A stretch of 62,740 bases of DNA, the filler included, from Globobulimina sp. (taxonomy: Eukaryota), in the NCBI GenBank assembly GCA_003354225.1. It is 23 parts of 23 records of this genome, joined end to end, with 100 filler letters (N's around TTAATTAATTAA, not from the genome) between each part and the next. Parts side by side here need not be neighbours in the genome. Positions count along the whole stretch, not along the records: positions 1 to 2,634 come from PIVH01005600.1; positions 2,735 to 5,368 come from PIVH01005601.1; positions 5,469 to 8,102 come from PIVH01005602.1; positions 8,203 to 10,836 come from PIVH01005603.1; positions 10,937 to 13,570 come from PIVH01005604.1; 18 more parts are not named here. One strand, 5' to 3'. The notes beneath the pieces were generated by a model. That model did not search any database. It worked only from the letters and a program-made list of their open reading frames with translations, and had not been told where the DNA came from. Of the stretch, positions 1-11,169 are shown in pieces. Made by a program: the position numbers and the translations under genes. The stretch's first letter is position 1, and each line of letters opens with the position of its first letter.

Positions 1-61
1 TTGACCGCTGGAAAATCTTTTCATTTATAAACTATTGAAAAAACAGTGAAGTAACTTAATA

Positions 62-1716
62 ATGTCCGTATCTCTTAAGGAATTCACAAAACGTGCGCAA
101 GAAGCTGAGGATAAACTACGTTCCTTAGAAGCGCAGATCAATGCATTAGCAGCAACTGCATTGTCATCAAAAACTGAACAAAAAGTAGATGAAAAAGAAT
201 CTGGTGACTGGGAAGTCGTATATTGGCCAGTTAAGCAAAACCCCACACCATACATTTTTTGCATGATTTATTTCACATAATCACATCCTATACAACAACG
301 CATACATAACGTTAACACAAAAACAGGTGAAAAACCGTGGCAATTTTGTTAAATTAGTATTTGAAGAAGCTGGTGTACCTTACAAAGCTGTTTCTGATAT
401 GACTGAGATGAAATCGCAAATGCGTTCTGACCGAGTTGGCACACAAAAATACGAAGACGGTGGGCCTTACCAAGCCATGGCAGTGCCATTAATCCGCAAT
501 GGCGATTTCATGTTATCGCAAAGTATCGTTTGTATGGGATATGCCGCTCAAAAATTCGGTGTTCGCCCTCAATCAAACGAGGACCATGGCAGAGCACAAA
601 TGATCGCTGGTAATTGCAGTGATTTAATAAGTGAGTTATATCAAAATCGCGACAAAAGCACTGAGGAATTCTTTGCATTCATCAATGGCAGAATGCAGAT
701 TTGGTTGGATATATTTGAGAAGCCGTTAAAAACAGATAAGTTGACATTCTTCTTTGATAACAAATGTACGCAGGCGGACTTAGCGGTATTTAATGCATTG
801 GATGGCGTGGAAGAATTATTTGGCACTGACTCGTTCAATAAATATGTCGTCGAAACGCATCCGTATTTATGTAAATATTATAATGCGTTAAAAGAAAGAA
901 AATCCATCAAAGGCTTAATGATTAAAGTTAGTGCATAGCAATATACACATAAACGATTAAAAAAATGATATACGATATATATTTTTTAATCGTTTGTGGT
1001 GCGATATTGTTATAAATGTCATTGTCGATAAGCAAACGGGAATGTTTTCCTATGCTCCGGCTTTTGGATGGGAGAAAACACGGAAAATATTACGTGGCCA
1101 AGATACGGTTTTAAGTTTTAAATCGGATGAGATTGTGCCGGATGTGGTGGATGCTGAGCCTTTGGAAGTGCTGCAAATGGAGTACAGATTGGGGGATAGC
1201 ATGGTGTTTAAATTGGAGCAGATGGGCCAGACATTGACGCCAATGCAAGTACAGGACTTGCCGCATAATTTGGAGTTTAAAGGGTGTGACTCGGAGAGAT
1301 TGTACACGGTGATTTTAACCGACCCGGACGCGCGCGATAGAGAGAAGCATGAGTTTCGAGAATGGGCTCACCATTTAAGGATTAATGTGAATGGAGGTGA
1401 TTTGAGTAAGAGTGGGGATGTTATCATTGAATATGTTGGGTCGGGGCCGCCGCCAAATAGTGGCTTGCATCGTTATTGTTGGTTGGTTTACGAACAGGTG
1501 AATGGCAAAATTGATGTGGATCAATGTGGACAGAAAAAATTAATTTCTGGAGGTGGCAAAGGCGAAGGAAGGAGATCGTGGAAAGCGAGGAAATTTGTTA
1601 GTGACAATAAATTGGGCGGATTGGTTGCTGGCACGTATTATAATGCGGAATATGATGATTTTGTACCCAAATTATATGCGTGGTTACAAGGTAAAGGCTC
1701 GTATAAAGATACATGA
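62..1716 (+). CDS. Spliced gene: N-terminal coiled coil + glutathione S-transferase domain + PEBP (phosphatidylethanolamine-binding) domain
   Basis: Exons 62-229, 327-926 and 1033-1716 joined by phase-0 GT-AG introns (230-326 GTTAAG..CAG; 927-1032 GTTAGT..AAG). GST motifs: YWP|VKNRGNFVKLVFEEAGVPY, VPLIRNGDFMLSQS, TQADLAVF. PEBP motifs: LYTVILTDPDA, REWAHHLRIN, YVGSGPPPNSGLHRYCWLVYEQ. Confidence 0.85.
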
Positions 1717-1880
1717 TGACATTTATTGACTTGTACTTTAATATTTTTGTTATTCATCGTAAATTAGTTAATTATTATATATTTTATTAATTCATTTGTT
1801 TATATGATGCTTCGATGATATTCTTGAAAATGTATATGAAAAACGGGCAAAAACGACAAAAACGAGCAAAAAAGGTCAAA

Positions 1881-2634
1881 TTATACATTATCCGCACCAT
1901 CGACCCCAAATTTTACTGTGATTAAATGCTTTTCATCCACAATATTCACGCCATCTAAAGTTTGCTATATAACATATATACATACCAACATACAAAGTTT
2001 TTTACACAACACACGTACATTTGGTGGCAATGATTTTAATTTTGAATAAAAATGAATATCATTAATATTTGTATCAACTCCTGATTCATTTTTATACATT
2101 TGCTTTATTGATTGTATGCTTATATTTTTTGTTACTTTCTCGTTCAAAACAATATATTTTCCTTGACTGAAAATATTAATTTTAAACTTATCATCTTTTT
2201 CTGTTGCTAATGTATGATCTTTCTGTTCCATCACATCAATATGTTTTACATCAACTGCAATTTTTTTAATTTCTGAAAATATTTTATCACACAAATCCTT
2301 ATCATTTGCAATGGAAAATGCTTGGCCAACATCGTCGTTACAAGTCAATGATATAATATCCTCTCCATTGCATTCACAATTTTCAATTTCATTTATAATT
2401 TTATTGTACCAATTCTCTGACAAATCTAAACTTATCAACCATACAATTATATCGTCAGTGGTCCATTTATTTATTGACTTGTGTTTCCATAATGTTTTCT
2501 TCTCATATTCCAACATTCGTTTTCGTTTTCTTATCAGATCCTGCATACAATTATAAATATCTCTTTTGTCTTTAAAAGCTGTAACGCCTGAACGATGTAA
2601 AGCATTTTTATCCACATCGCACAAACATCTTCCA
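1881..2634 (-). CDS. SAM-like + ubiquitin-like domain protein (5' truncated, one intron near the 3' end)
   Basis: KWTTDDIIVWLISL..IENCECNGEDIISL (SAM-like); NISIQSIKQMYKNESGV..IHFYSKLKSL (Ubl-like); GTACGT donor near 2017, last exon ends at the stop at 1881. Confidence 0.55.
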
Positions 2635-2734
2635 NNNNNNNNNNNNNNNNNNNNNNNNNNNNNNNNNNNNNNNNNNNNTTAATTAATTAANNNNNNNNNN
2701 NNNNNNNNNNNNNNNNNNNNNNNNNNNNNNNNNN
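2635..2734. other. Artificial contig-joining spacer (44 N + TTAATTAATTAA + 44 N), first of 22
   Basis: Same spacer, with stops in all six frames, also starts at 5369, 8103, 10837, 13571, 16305, 19038, 21771, 24504, 27237, 29970, 32702, 35434, 38166, 40898, 43630, 46361, 49092, 51822, 54552, 57282 and 60012. Contig lengths fall steadily from 2634 to about 2629. Confidence 0.99.
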
Positions 2735-2739
2735 AGATA

Positions 2740-2944
2740 CGGAGCACTGGTCATCACAGCAGACACAACTATTGAGCTAATTTTTTGTGGTGAGCGATTA
2801 ACTCCAAAACTTGAAGTCCGACCACCACAATGAAAATTAGATCAATAGTTGTGACTGCTGTGAAATGTCAAATCGCCGATCGTGTGTTCCGGAGTTCAGT
2901 CTGGCCAGGCAGACTCAGAAATCCTCCGTAGCCAAAACTGCGGA
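2740..2944. repeat. Long imperfect inverted repeat with flanking stems (structured element)
   Basis: 2754-2792 pairs with 2823-2863 (about 40 bp). Outer stem CGGAGCAC/GTGTTCCG (2740-2747 with 2884-2891). Two further small hairpins AGTCTG..CAGACT and TCCGTAG..CTGCGGA. Confidence 0.8.
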
Positions 2945-3014
2945 CGATATGAATGATCGCTGCCGAAACATTTTTTGATGAATTCTAGTCAAATAAACTA
3001 CACTTCATCTTATC

Positions 3015-4694
3015 ATGACTCATACGTTTTTTCCGAAAACAGGTGATTGTTTATCTCATTATTTCTGTGGAGAGAACACTTGCTTTTTAATTGATACGAC
3101 TCACATCAACGAATCGGATGAGACAGTCACAGGATGTCATAAATGCTTTGATTCTGACAGTTCAACGTGTATTTATTCGTGTAATTCATGTGGCTCACAG
3201 TTTTGTCATCCTTGTATGATAAAATGGGGCGGAATTATTGGCAACAGCTTATTATTGAGAAGACATTTCCCATCGTTTGAGAATTGTTTGGATGAAAATG
3301 ATGTTGATATGAATTTCATGAAGAAAACAAACGGAATAATGCACAGAATCTGTAATATCTGGTGTTTTATAGGCGAAATTGTTAAAAATATTTCATCATT
3401 GAATAGACATCGTATCATTGTACGAGATGTTATGAATCAAGAAGTTGAAATTCATTTTTATCTTCAAAATAATAATTTAATCTCGCCGCAAAAACTCCAA
3501 ATTGGCGCATTAATTTGTATTCGATATGCATTGATTCATCATTTTTTTGATGGAACACGAGGGATAAGAATGGAGGATGAAGATTTAGATTTTATTACAT
3601 TTATAGCCAATGTCTCGTTGCCAGAGTTAAAAGACATTGATTCTACCGGTTGTTTGATGCAATATTATCAAAATAATGTGTTAAATAAGAGAAATAAAAT
3701 AAGATTAAACACTAAATGTTGGTACAGTCGTTGCTCAAAAAGCAAATCATTATCACGTTGTACAGGATGTCGTATGGCATTGTATTGTTGCACTGAGCAC
3801 CAAAGGAAGGATTGGAAAGAAAAACATAAATATTTATGTAAACAAATGAAAAAAATACTAACTTTATGTAGTGTGGATTTAAAAATACATTTTGATGAAA
3901 GATCATTGGTTTCATTTAAAATGAATACAAAAGAATTATTGCATGGCGGATTGAAAAAATATTTCAAAAAACATAAAGGATTCTATTCCAGGTCAAAAGT
4001 TGAAGCATTATTTTTCATTTCATATGAACAATATTTTGAAATGGATAGTGTTTCAATGAGAAATGAGTTTGGATTAATGTATGATCGATATCATCAAAGA
4101 TATATTGATAAAGAAATAAAACCGGTTACTTCGAGATATTATACAAATTTTTTGAACAAACTGATTCCAATGATTGCAAAATCAATTGATTCGTATATAT
4201 ATACAGCTTCTTTTGGTGAAAATGTTATAAATTATGTACATTCTCCTTCTTTGAAAATGTCGAATGGAATTTACAAATTATTTGATCAGTTTATCAATCT
4301 TTATTCGATTTATTCACATCGTTTATGTTTGATTGAATGTTGGAAAATATGCTATCGATTTGGTGAAAATATGATTGGTTTTAAACACCATCCCAATGTC
4401 AGAAAAGAATGTATGTTTTGTATGTTGGATATTATTTTGTACAGTAATTATGATACAATTCATGATGATGTGCGTGATGGATTTCTTTGGTGGCAATGTG
4501 ATAGAATCCAAAATAAGATATTTGGGACAAAATGTGGATATTCAAAGTGTGATAATATTGAGAAACATAATGAGCGCTATAAAATGTGCTCCCAATGCAA
4601 GATTGTATTCTATTGCAACCGCAAATGCCAGAAAAAAGACTGGAAATCAGGACATAAGAAAAAATGTGCGGCAGTAAAAGCGTTATATAATTAA
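3015..4694 (+). CDS. Protein with two MYND zinc fingers
   Basis: CWYSRC..LSRCTGCRMALYCCTEHQRKDWKEKHKYLC and CGYSKC..CSQCKIVFYCNRKCQKKDWKSGHKKKC match the MYND consensus. Confidence 0.85.
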   Translation: MTHTFFPKTGDCLSHYFCGENTCFLIDTTHINESDETVTGCHKCFDSDSSTCIYSCNSCGSQFCHPCMIKWGGIIGNSLLLRRHFPSFENCLDENDVDMNFMKKTNGIMHRICNIWCFIGEIVKNISSLNRHRIIVRDVMNQEVEIHFYLQNNNLISPQKLQIGALICIRYALIHHFFDGTRGIRMEDEDLDFITFIANVSLPELKDIDSTGCLMQYYQNNVLNKRNKIRLNTKCWYSRCSKSKSLSRCTGCRMALYCCTEHQRKDWKEKHKYLCKQMKKILTLCSVDLKIHFDERSLVSFKMNTKELLHGGLKKYFKKHKGFYSRSKVEALFFISYEQYFEMDSVSMRNEFGLMYDRYHQRYIDKEIKPVTSRYYTNFLNKLIPMIAKSIDSYIYTASFGENVINYVHSPSLKMSNGIYKLFDQFINLYSIYSHRLCLIECWKICYRFGENMIGFKHHPNVRKECMFCMLDIILYSNYDTIHDDVRDGFLWWQCDRIQNKIFGTKCGYSKCDNIEKHNERYKMCSQCKIVFYCNRKCQKKDWKSGHKKKCAAVKALYN

Positions 4695-4805
4695 CATTTT
4701 CATCACTAACTCCTTACTTAACAGCATGGCAGCAAAAAAGGTACCACTTTATTCATTGCAATTAAATTCGTCACCAATACAAATAAACAGAGGAAAAGGT
4801 GTAAG

Positions 4806-5249
4806 TTGCAAGAAGAAAAAGAGGAAAAAGTACGAATTCGAATGCCAACTAAAAAAAGGAAAATATCAAAAATTAAAAGTACGAAATGCTCAAAATGTGA
4901 TACAAAGACAAAATTAAAAAATTTAATATGTTGTGCTGAATGTAAAGAGTGTGTTGGATGTCAAGAGTGTTTAACTGAAGCTACAATGGAAGATATAGCA
5001 AAAATAAATAAATTATTTAATACTAAAATGGCACAAAAAATTCCTAAAACTGCGAAATCCGTCGCATTACCATTCGACCCCGATTTTATCCATGTAAAGA
5101 AATTAATTAAAAGCGATTCTGGATTGCATTGTGGTTCATGCAACGAATATGCATGTCATACTTGTGAATATGTGGCTGTTTCTATGGATTATTGTGAGGA
5201 TTGTCATGGTATTTATTGTCCTGATTGTACATGTGTCCATCAATGTTGA
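4806..5249 (+). CDS. Cysteine-rich hypothetical protein (multiple CxxC); start uncertain
   Basis: Many CxxC pairs (CSKC, CAECKEC, CGSC, CHTC, CEDC, CPDC). Confidence 0.5.
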   Translation: MQEEKEEKVRIRMPTKKRKISKIKSTKCSKCDTKTKLKNLICCAECKECVGCQECLTEATMEDIAKINKLFNTKMAQKIPKTAKSVALPFDPDFIHVKKLIKSDSGLHCGSCNEYACHTCEYVAVSMDYCEDCHGIYCPDCTCVHQC

Positions 5250-5555
5250 TTTCTTAAAGTGAATGATTGCATTAATTTCAAGAGAATTACAAACAACTCC
5301 CTTGCAACACGTTTATGACAGTTTTTTCTTTTATTTAATTATTTTCTGTTAAACAAAAGTCCTGAATANNNNNNNNNNNNNNNNNNNNNNNNNNNNNNNN
5401 NNNNNNNNNNNNTTAATTAATTAANNNNNNNNNNNNNNNNNNNNNNNNNNNNNNNNNNNNNNNNNNNNTGACAACAATATCGTTGTGCGCTATTTCGTAA
5501 CGTAAGCATGGTCAAAAACAGCTTTTAGTGTGGCACAAGATTTCGTTCAGTAACC

Positions 5556-8102
5556 ATGATGTCGTTATGGATATTCCTCTTGACCATTGTTACAGGTTTG
5601 TTTTATTATAATAATAACGCTGTATATATTCTTTATAATGCATCAGTACATATAACAGTTGCTGCTTTGGAACAGATCCAGTGTGGTTCGAGTATATCAG
5701 CTCAAATAACAAGCACAACAACGCATGATTATTTGGTTAATTTATCGTCTCCAGAATATAGCAACCTGTCATCATTAGATGTTGAATTCACTACATCTCC
5801 ATCACTACCAATTGAAATATATTTTATAAACACAACAATTTATAATTCATGCAATAAACAATGCTATGTGAGGCAAATGCAAACATCGCGAAATTATGTT
5901 GTGAGATTAAATAAATATTTAAGAGATTCACAAGTCATTAACTATACGTTTTCGGTTATTTGTAATAAACCAAAGTACATTACAACATCGACATATACTA
6001 CGAATATTAATACTTATATGTCTCTGAGCACCTCGCCACCATTTGATTATTCTGTTAGTTTTAATCAACAATTAACATTTAGAAATCGTGGGAATATATT
6101 GTCATTTGGCGTTAGTATATTGATAGTTTTATTTTTTATTACCATTGGATTATTCCATCATTATGACTCTGAGCGTCCAGAATTACTGTTTCTGGCCAGG
6201 TATAAAAAAACGTTTTTGAATTCCATATACAAAAAATGTAAACGCAAACAATTGAAATTCAAAAACAACTTTGATTCCTGAAAAGAAAATCGAATGCACC
6301 CTATTATTTATGCTCATTGGCAACATTGCTTTTTTGCATCATCATGGTCAGCACAAGATATACAGATAAAAAGTTATTGGGCATTTTGGTTGTATTGACC
6401 ATGACATCCATTAATTTTGTGGCGGTCATCGGAATGAAATATTACGGCAGTTACATCAGTAATATCAAAATAAAAAACACCAACTTGACATTAGCGCGGT
6501 TGTGCAGATGGAGTGTGTTGTTATTACTGATATTTTATTTAACTTTTTATTATATTTGCCTGTATCGAGGGATATCATTGAAATTAACTGTACTGATTAT
6601 CATCTATATTGAATTAGCATTGTTATCTGTTGCCTCATTTGCGTCCAAGACCGCGCAGATCCAATGGTGTATTTTATTTATTCTTATTTGGTGGTTACAT
6701 GATAGTACAGTCGAGGAGATATTTTTTGATTTCTATTGGTATTCTATGTTTTGTATTGGCTGTGCGTTAGGTACAATATTTTTATTTTCGAACAAACAGC
6801 ACTCAGTACATTTAAAAACAATGTTTATCAACGTATTTGGTGCTTTTATATCTATATTTGATATAGCCACAGATGTGACTGTTATGGTACAATGGGTCAG
6901 ACAGGAATTATACTTTTGGACCATAATGCAATTAGTATTTATTTTTACTGGTACTCTTTATGCTGCATTTTATATCGACGATTATTATTTCATTGATGAT
7001 GGTTCATCGCAGAAAAATGCTGAATTAGAAAGTAACGAAAAAACAAAAAGACTGTTCTGGGGTCGCATATTCACTCTATTTGGTTTAGGAAGGTATTACA
7101 AACTTGTTTAATTTCTGTATTTGTGAATCAACATTTTCTTAATTCATAACAGAGTCTATCATGGTGTGTTGGGGTGGGATGAGGATAGAAATAAAGATAT
7201 GGAGATTAGCAATCGTATATTAAAAGTGTGGGAACTTATTTTTGGTTAAGTGTTGAACATATTTTTTTAATTTGATAAATTAATGATTTAAGCTCGCATT
7301 ATATAACAGAATCATTTCCAACAATATGCCTACAAACATGGATATCACTGTATACTGATTTGGATGTCAACATTGTCTTATCTTTGTTTGTTGGGTTTGC
7401 CTCGATATCGTTTACATTTTTCCGTGTTTTATACGGCGATCATAGTTCAGATGAGAGAGAGGCAGAATTCATCATTGCGCAAAGATTACGGGAGAAACTG
7501 AGAATATCCGGATCAATGAGGAATGTCAATTATAATAAAAGCGCACCATCCTTGCAATCAAAAGAACAAAGTGCGAGAACTAAAATAATATCATTGAACC
7601 AAGAGGATGGCACAAAATCAGCACAGAAACATATGCGAAAAAGATCAAGTTTGTCGACAGCAGCAGCAGCGGTTAGAGAATCGCAAACATGTCGAAATTT
7701 GTGGAGACATTTTGTATGTTGTTACCCTGTTAAAATGTGCGTTGATTATTCAACAAAAGACGATAACAAAGAGAAGGAGCAACATGCATTGACGTGGAAA
7801 GATAAATGTTTTTATTTAGGTTTATATTTATGGGTAATCACAGATTTCGGTGTAAGAATATTTCCTATCTTAGCTTGTGCGAGATTACGACAACAATATT
7901 TGGTAATTTTATGTTCTGTTGCTCTGTTGTACATTTGTTTGGTTTTATAAATGTTTGATGTTTGTTTGAAATTAATATTACAGGAATTTTTAGCTGTGAT
8001 GTTTGGACTGACATTATTTGAATTTTTCAGTTATTATTATATGTTATCGGGAGAATTTAAGACGCCACGATCAGCGACACATTTCTTTTGGACATTATAT
8101 TT
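5556..8102 (+). CDS. Multi-exon multi-pass membrane protein with XK-related-like C-terminal region (3' truncated)
   Basis: ORFs 5556, 6317, 7360 and 7951 linked by GT-AG introns (e.g. 6200-6285 restores the frame). Motifs FDIATDVTV..W and WELIF|ESFPTICLQ. Confidence 0.6.
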
Positions 8103-8285
8103 NNNNNNNNNNNNNNNNNNNNNNNNNNNNNNNNNNNNNNNNNNNNTTAATTAATTAANNNNNNNNNNNNNNNNNNNNNNNNNNNNNNNNNNNNNNNNNN
8201 NNTGACTTCCTTTTTTTTTTAACTATACCAGTATATTTTAGTAGACTTTTAACACAAAAATAATATATGAAGAAGTAATAAATTA

Positions 8286-10712
8286 TTACATTGAATGTCT
8301 ATGTTGATGTTGAATTGTGGAAGAAATGGTTAATGCATCTAACAATTGTTGCTCTTCCATACTATCCATTGTTGGAATAGTGACGGTGTTGCTGTGACTG
8401 ATGGATATGTCATTAATGTTGTCGTTGTTACGGTTTCTATATCTATCAATTATACCCAACATATCATCATTGGGGTATATCGGTGTTATATTTTTTGTTG
8501 CATCATCCGGATCCATGGAGTTTAAACTATCAAATTGTGTGGCTGTCAGAACTTCAATTTTTTCATCATTATTGTTATTATTAATACTATTATTTTTCCT
8601 TTTTGTTGAATTCTTTGATGATGATATCTCATCCGCATCAGCCAATGCATCTAAACCATCAACATATTGTTCAAATGTATCATAGCCATTATTATTATGT
8701 ACATCTTCTTCATCAGAGTCTGTTTTCAAAAGTAATGCTTCATCGTTATCAACGGTTTCATATTCAGAAGATTGATAATAAGGATTTCCGTCCAGCGAAG
8801 ACCACGATGCCACTTGTTTCAAATATCTTTTCTTTTTCACTTTTTTTTTGATTTTTTTATATTTTTTTGCAGCACTTTTCTTATTATTTACTATCGTCAG
8901 TTGGTTTTGTTGTTGATTGTGGATTTTTTTATTTTTGCAGCAAAAACAACATTTACATTTACATTTGTATCGTTTTTGTAATTGAATCTGATATACATAT
9001 CTTTTTTTTTCTTTTCTTTTTCTTTTTAAATATTGGTTTGATTGATATCTCCAATCAATTGTGCATCTTTTATAAATTGAAAGTTATAAAATCATAATGC
9101 AACAAATACATAAACTACACCATATTCCATTTAATGATGATAATAAATCTGGAATGTAATTATGCGCCGATGATGATATTAAATACAAACATAATGGAAT
9201 TCCAACCAGAATAAAAATAAATAGATTGAATAAACCAAACCCTTTTAATTCTAAATTAATACGTTTATAAATAGCATGATTTATAATAATTGCTCCGTAT
9301 AAAACAACAAATAGACACATCCAAGGAATGGATATATTGTGCAGATCATTATAAATTAAGTCATACTCTCTTATGGCTATAGAATATGGAATATATAATT
9401 TAATAATGCTATCTACAAATACATAAATAATGACAATTAAAACACAAATAATAAACAGCCATAAAGCAATTACTGTATCCCAAATATCATTAATATTATT
9501 AATTTTAGTTAATTCATTCATTGCGTAATTTAATGATATGGGTATTACAAGTAATATGTTCATAAAATTATACACTAAAACGTTGCTTAAAAACGCAGCC
9601 GACGATATTGTTGCGGGTAGCAAAATTAATGCAAAATATACAATCCATTCATAGCTACAATGAATGACCATATGTTTGATTGTTAACAAAATAATTTGTT
9701 TGTTTCCGATTGGATTAAACATTTGCCGCAAATCCCAGCCTTTCCAGGTTGGTAGAAAAAACCATGGATTTTGAATAGCAGATTGTGTTGATTGCGATTG
9801 TGACGATGTTGGTGATCCTTTTATATTATTATGTGTATTAAATGTGTTATAATTATATGTTGAATGGATGCTATGTATGGATCCTTGTGAGTATATTTGT
9901 GTTTGTATGGGGTGGGTATCGTAGGGTTGTGGTTGTGAGACGAATGTACCTTGTGGTTGTTGTTGTAGTTCCGCCTCTGGTTCTTGTTCTTGTTTTTGTT
10001 TTGGTTGTAATAAATATTTATGTTCATTATAATTATTTTTATACGTATTACAACCACAACAGTGCAACATTGATAATGATATAATTATTATGCATTGAAC
10101 AGTAAATGTTATTGACAATGCCGCAACATCAAACATGTATAAATCATTACCATTATCAAATATATTTAAAGCAAAAAATTCCACCAGAATTCCAAAAATA
10201 GCGATAAAAGATAACGTGTATTTAATTAAATTTTGTGAGAATAAGAATTGTGCGATGTTATAATAAATAGACAATGGATATAATCCAAATAATAAAACAA
10301 TTAAATATGTTGAGGTTATAGTGATAATCTGTGGGTCGAGGATAGTAATTGAAGTTATTAAAGATAATAAATAATCACTCCAACAAAATAAACACGCAAT
10401 AATAATGAATAATAAATTTGTAATTAAAAAATTACGTTGTAAAATTATGCCAACATTAACAAAATCATAACAAGCTAAAGCAATAACAGTCAATTTATTC
10501 AATGTTTTGGTTATCGATGTTAATAATAATGCACTAAATATGATAAACAGTGTTGAACCAAATGAACACCCTATAATTATATCCAATGAATCATTATGTT
10601 GATGGTTGATCCATATTAAATTGAATGTATAGGTCAGTGATACGAAAAGTGTTTGCAGAAATATAGGCAACCCACACCGACAAATTGAGGGAATTAATCG
10701 GATCACCAACAT
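8286..10712 (-). CDS. Divergent MATE-family transporter with long acidic/Asn-rich C-terminal tail (spliced)
   Basis: About 12 hydrophobic helices; N-lobe IGCSFGSTLF..LNKLTVIALACYDFVNVGIILQRNFLI resembles MATE; CSYEW and second-lobe pattern present. Linkage to the 8286-8840 ORF is inferred. Confidence 0.6.
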
Positions 10713-11169
10713 TTAGTTAAACTCTTAAGTCAAGTAATACGCAAAAAGATATAACATTAATTTATAAAAAAATTGACTTTGGCCAACATATTATGGCGGC
10801 GAGAAAGAGAATAAAAAGCCGTCATATATTACGGCGNNNNNNNNNNNNNNNNNNNNNNNNNNNNNNNNNNNNNNNNNNNNTTAATTAATTAANNNNNNNN
10901 NNNNNNNNNNNNNNNNNNNNNNNNNNNNNNNNNNNNAGGGAGTATTGGAGGAGAGGAGGAGTATCAAAATTTAGTAACAATAACCAAAGAGGGAGAGGAG
11001 GATACGGCAGAGGAGGAAACCAAAGAGGTAGAGGAAGAGGATGGAGATATTAAAACAAACCATAAAAATGCTTGTCTTTTTAGTTTGTTTTGTCCGGTAA
11101 GGAAATATTTGATTTTTAAATGTGATAATAAAAACACATTTTAATTACATAATTTAATTTCATTTTTTT

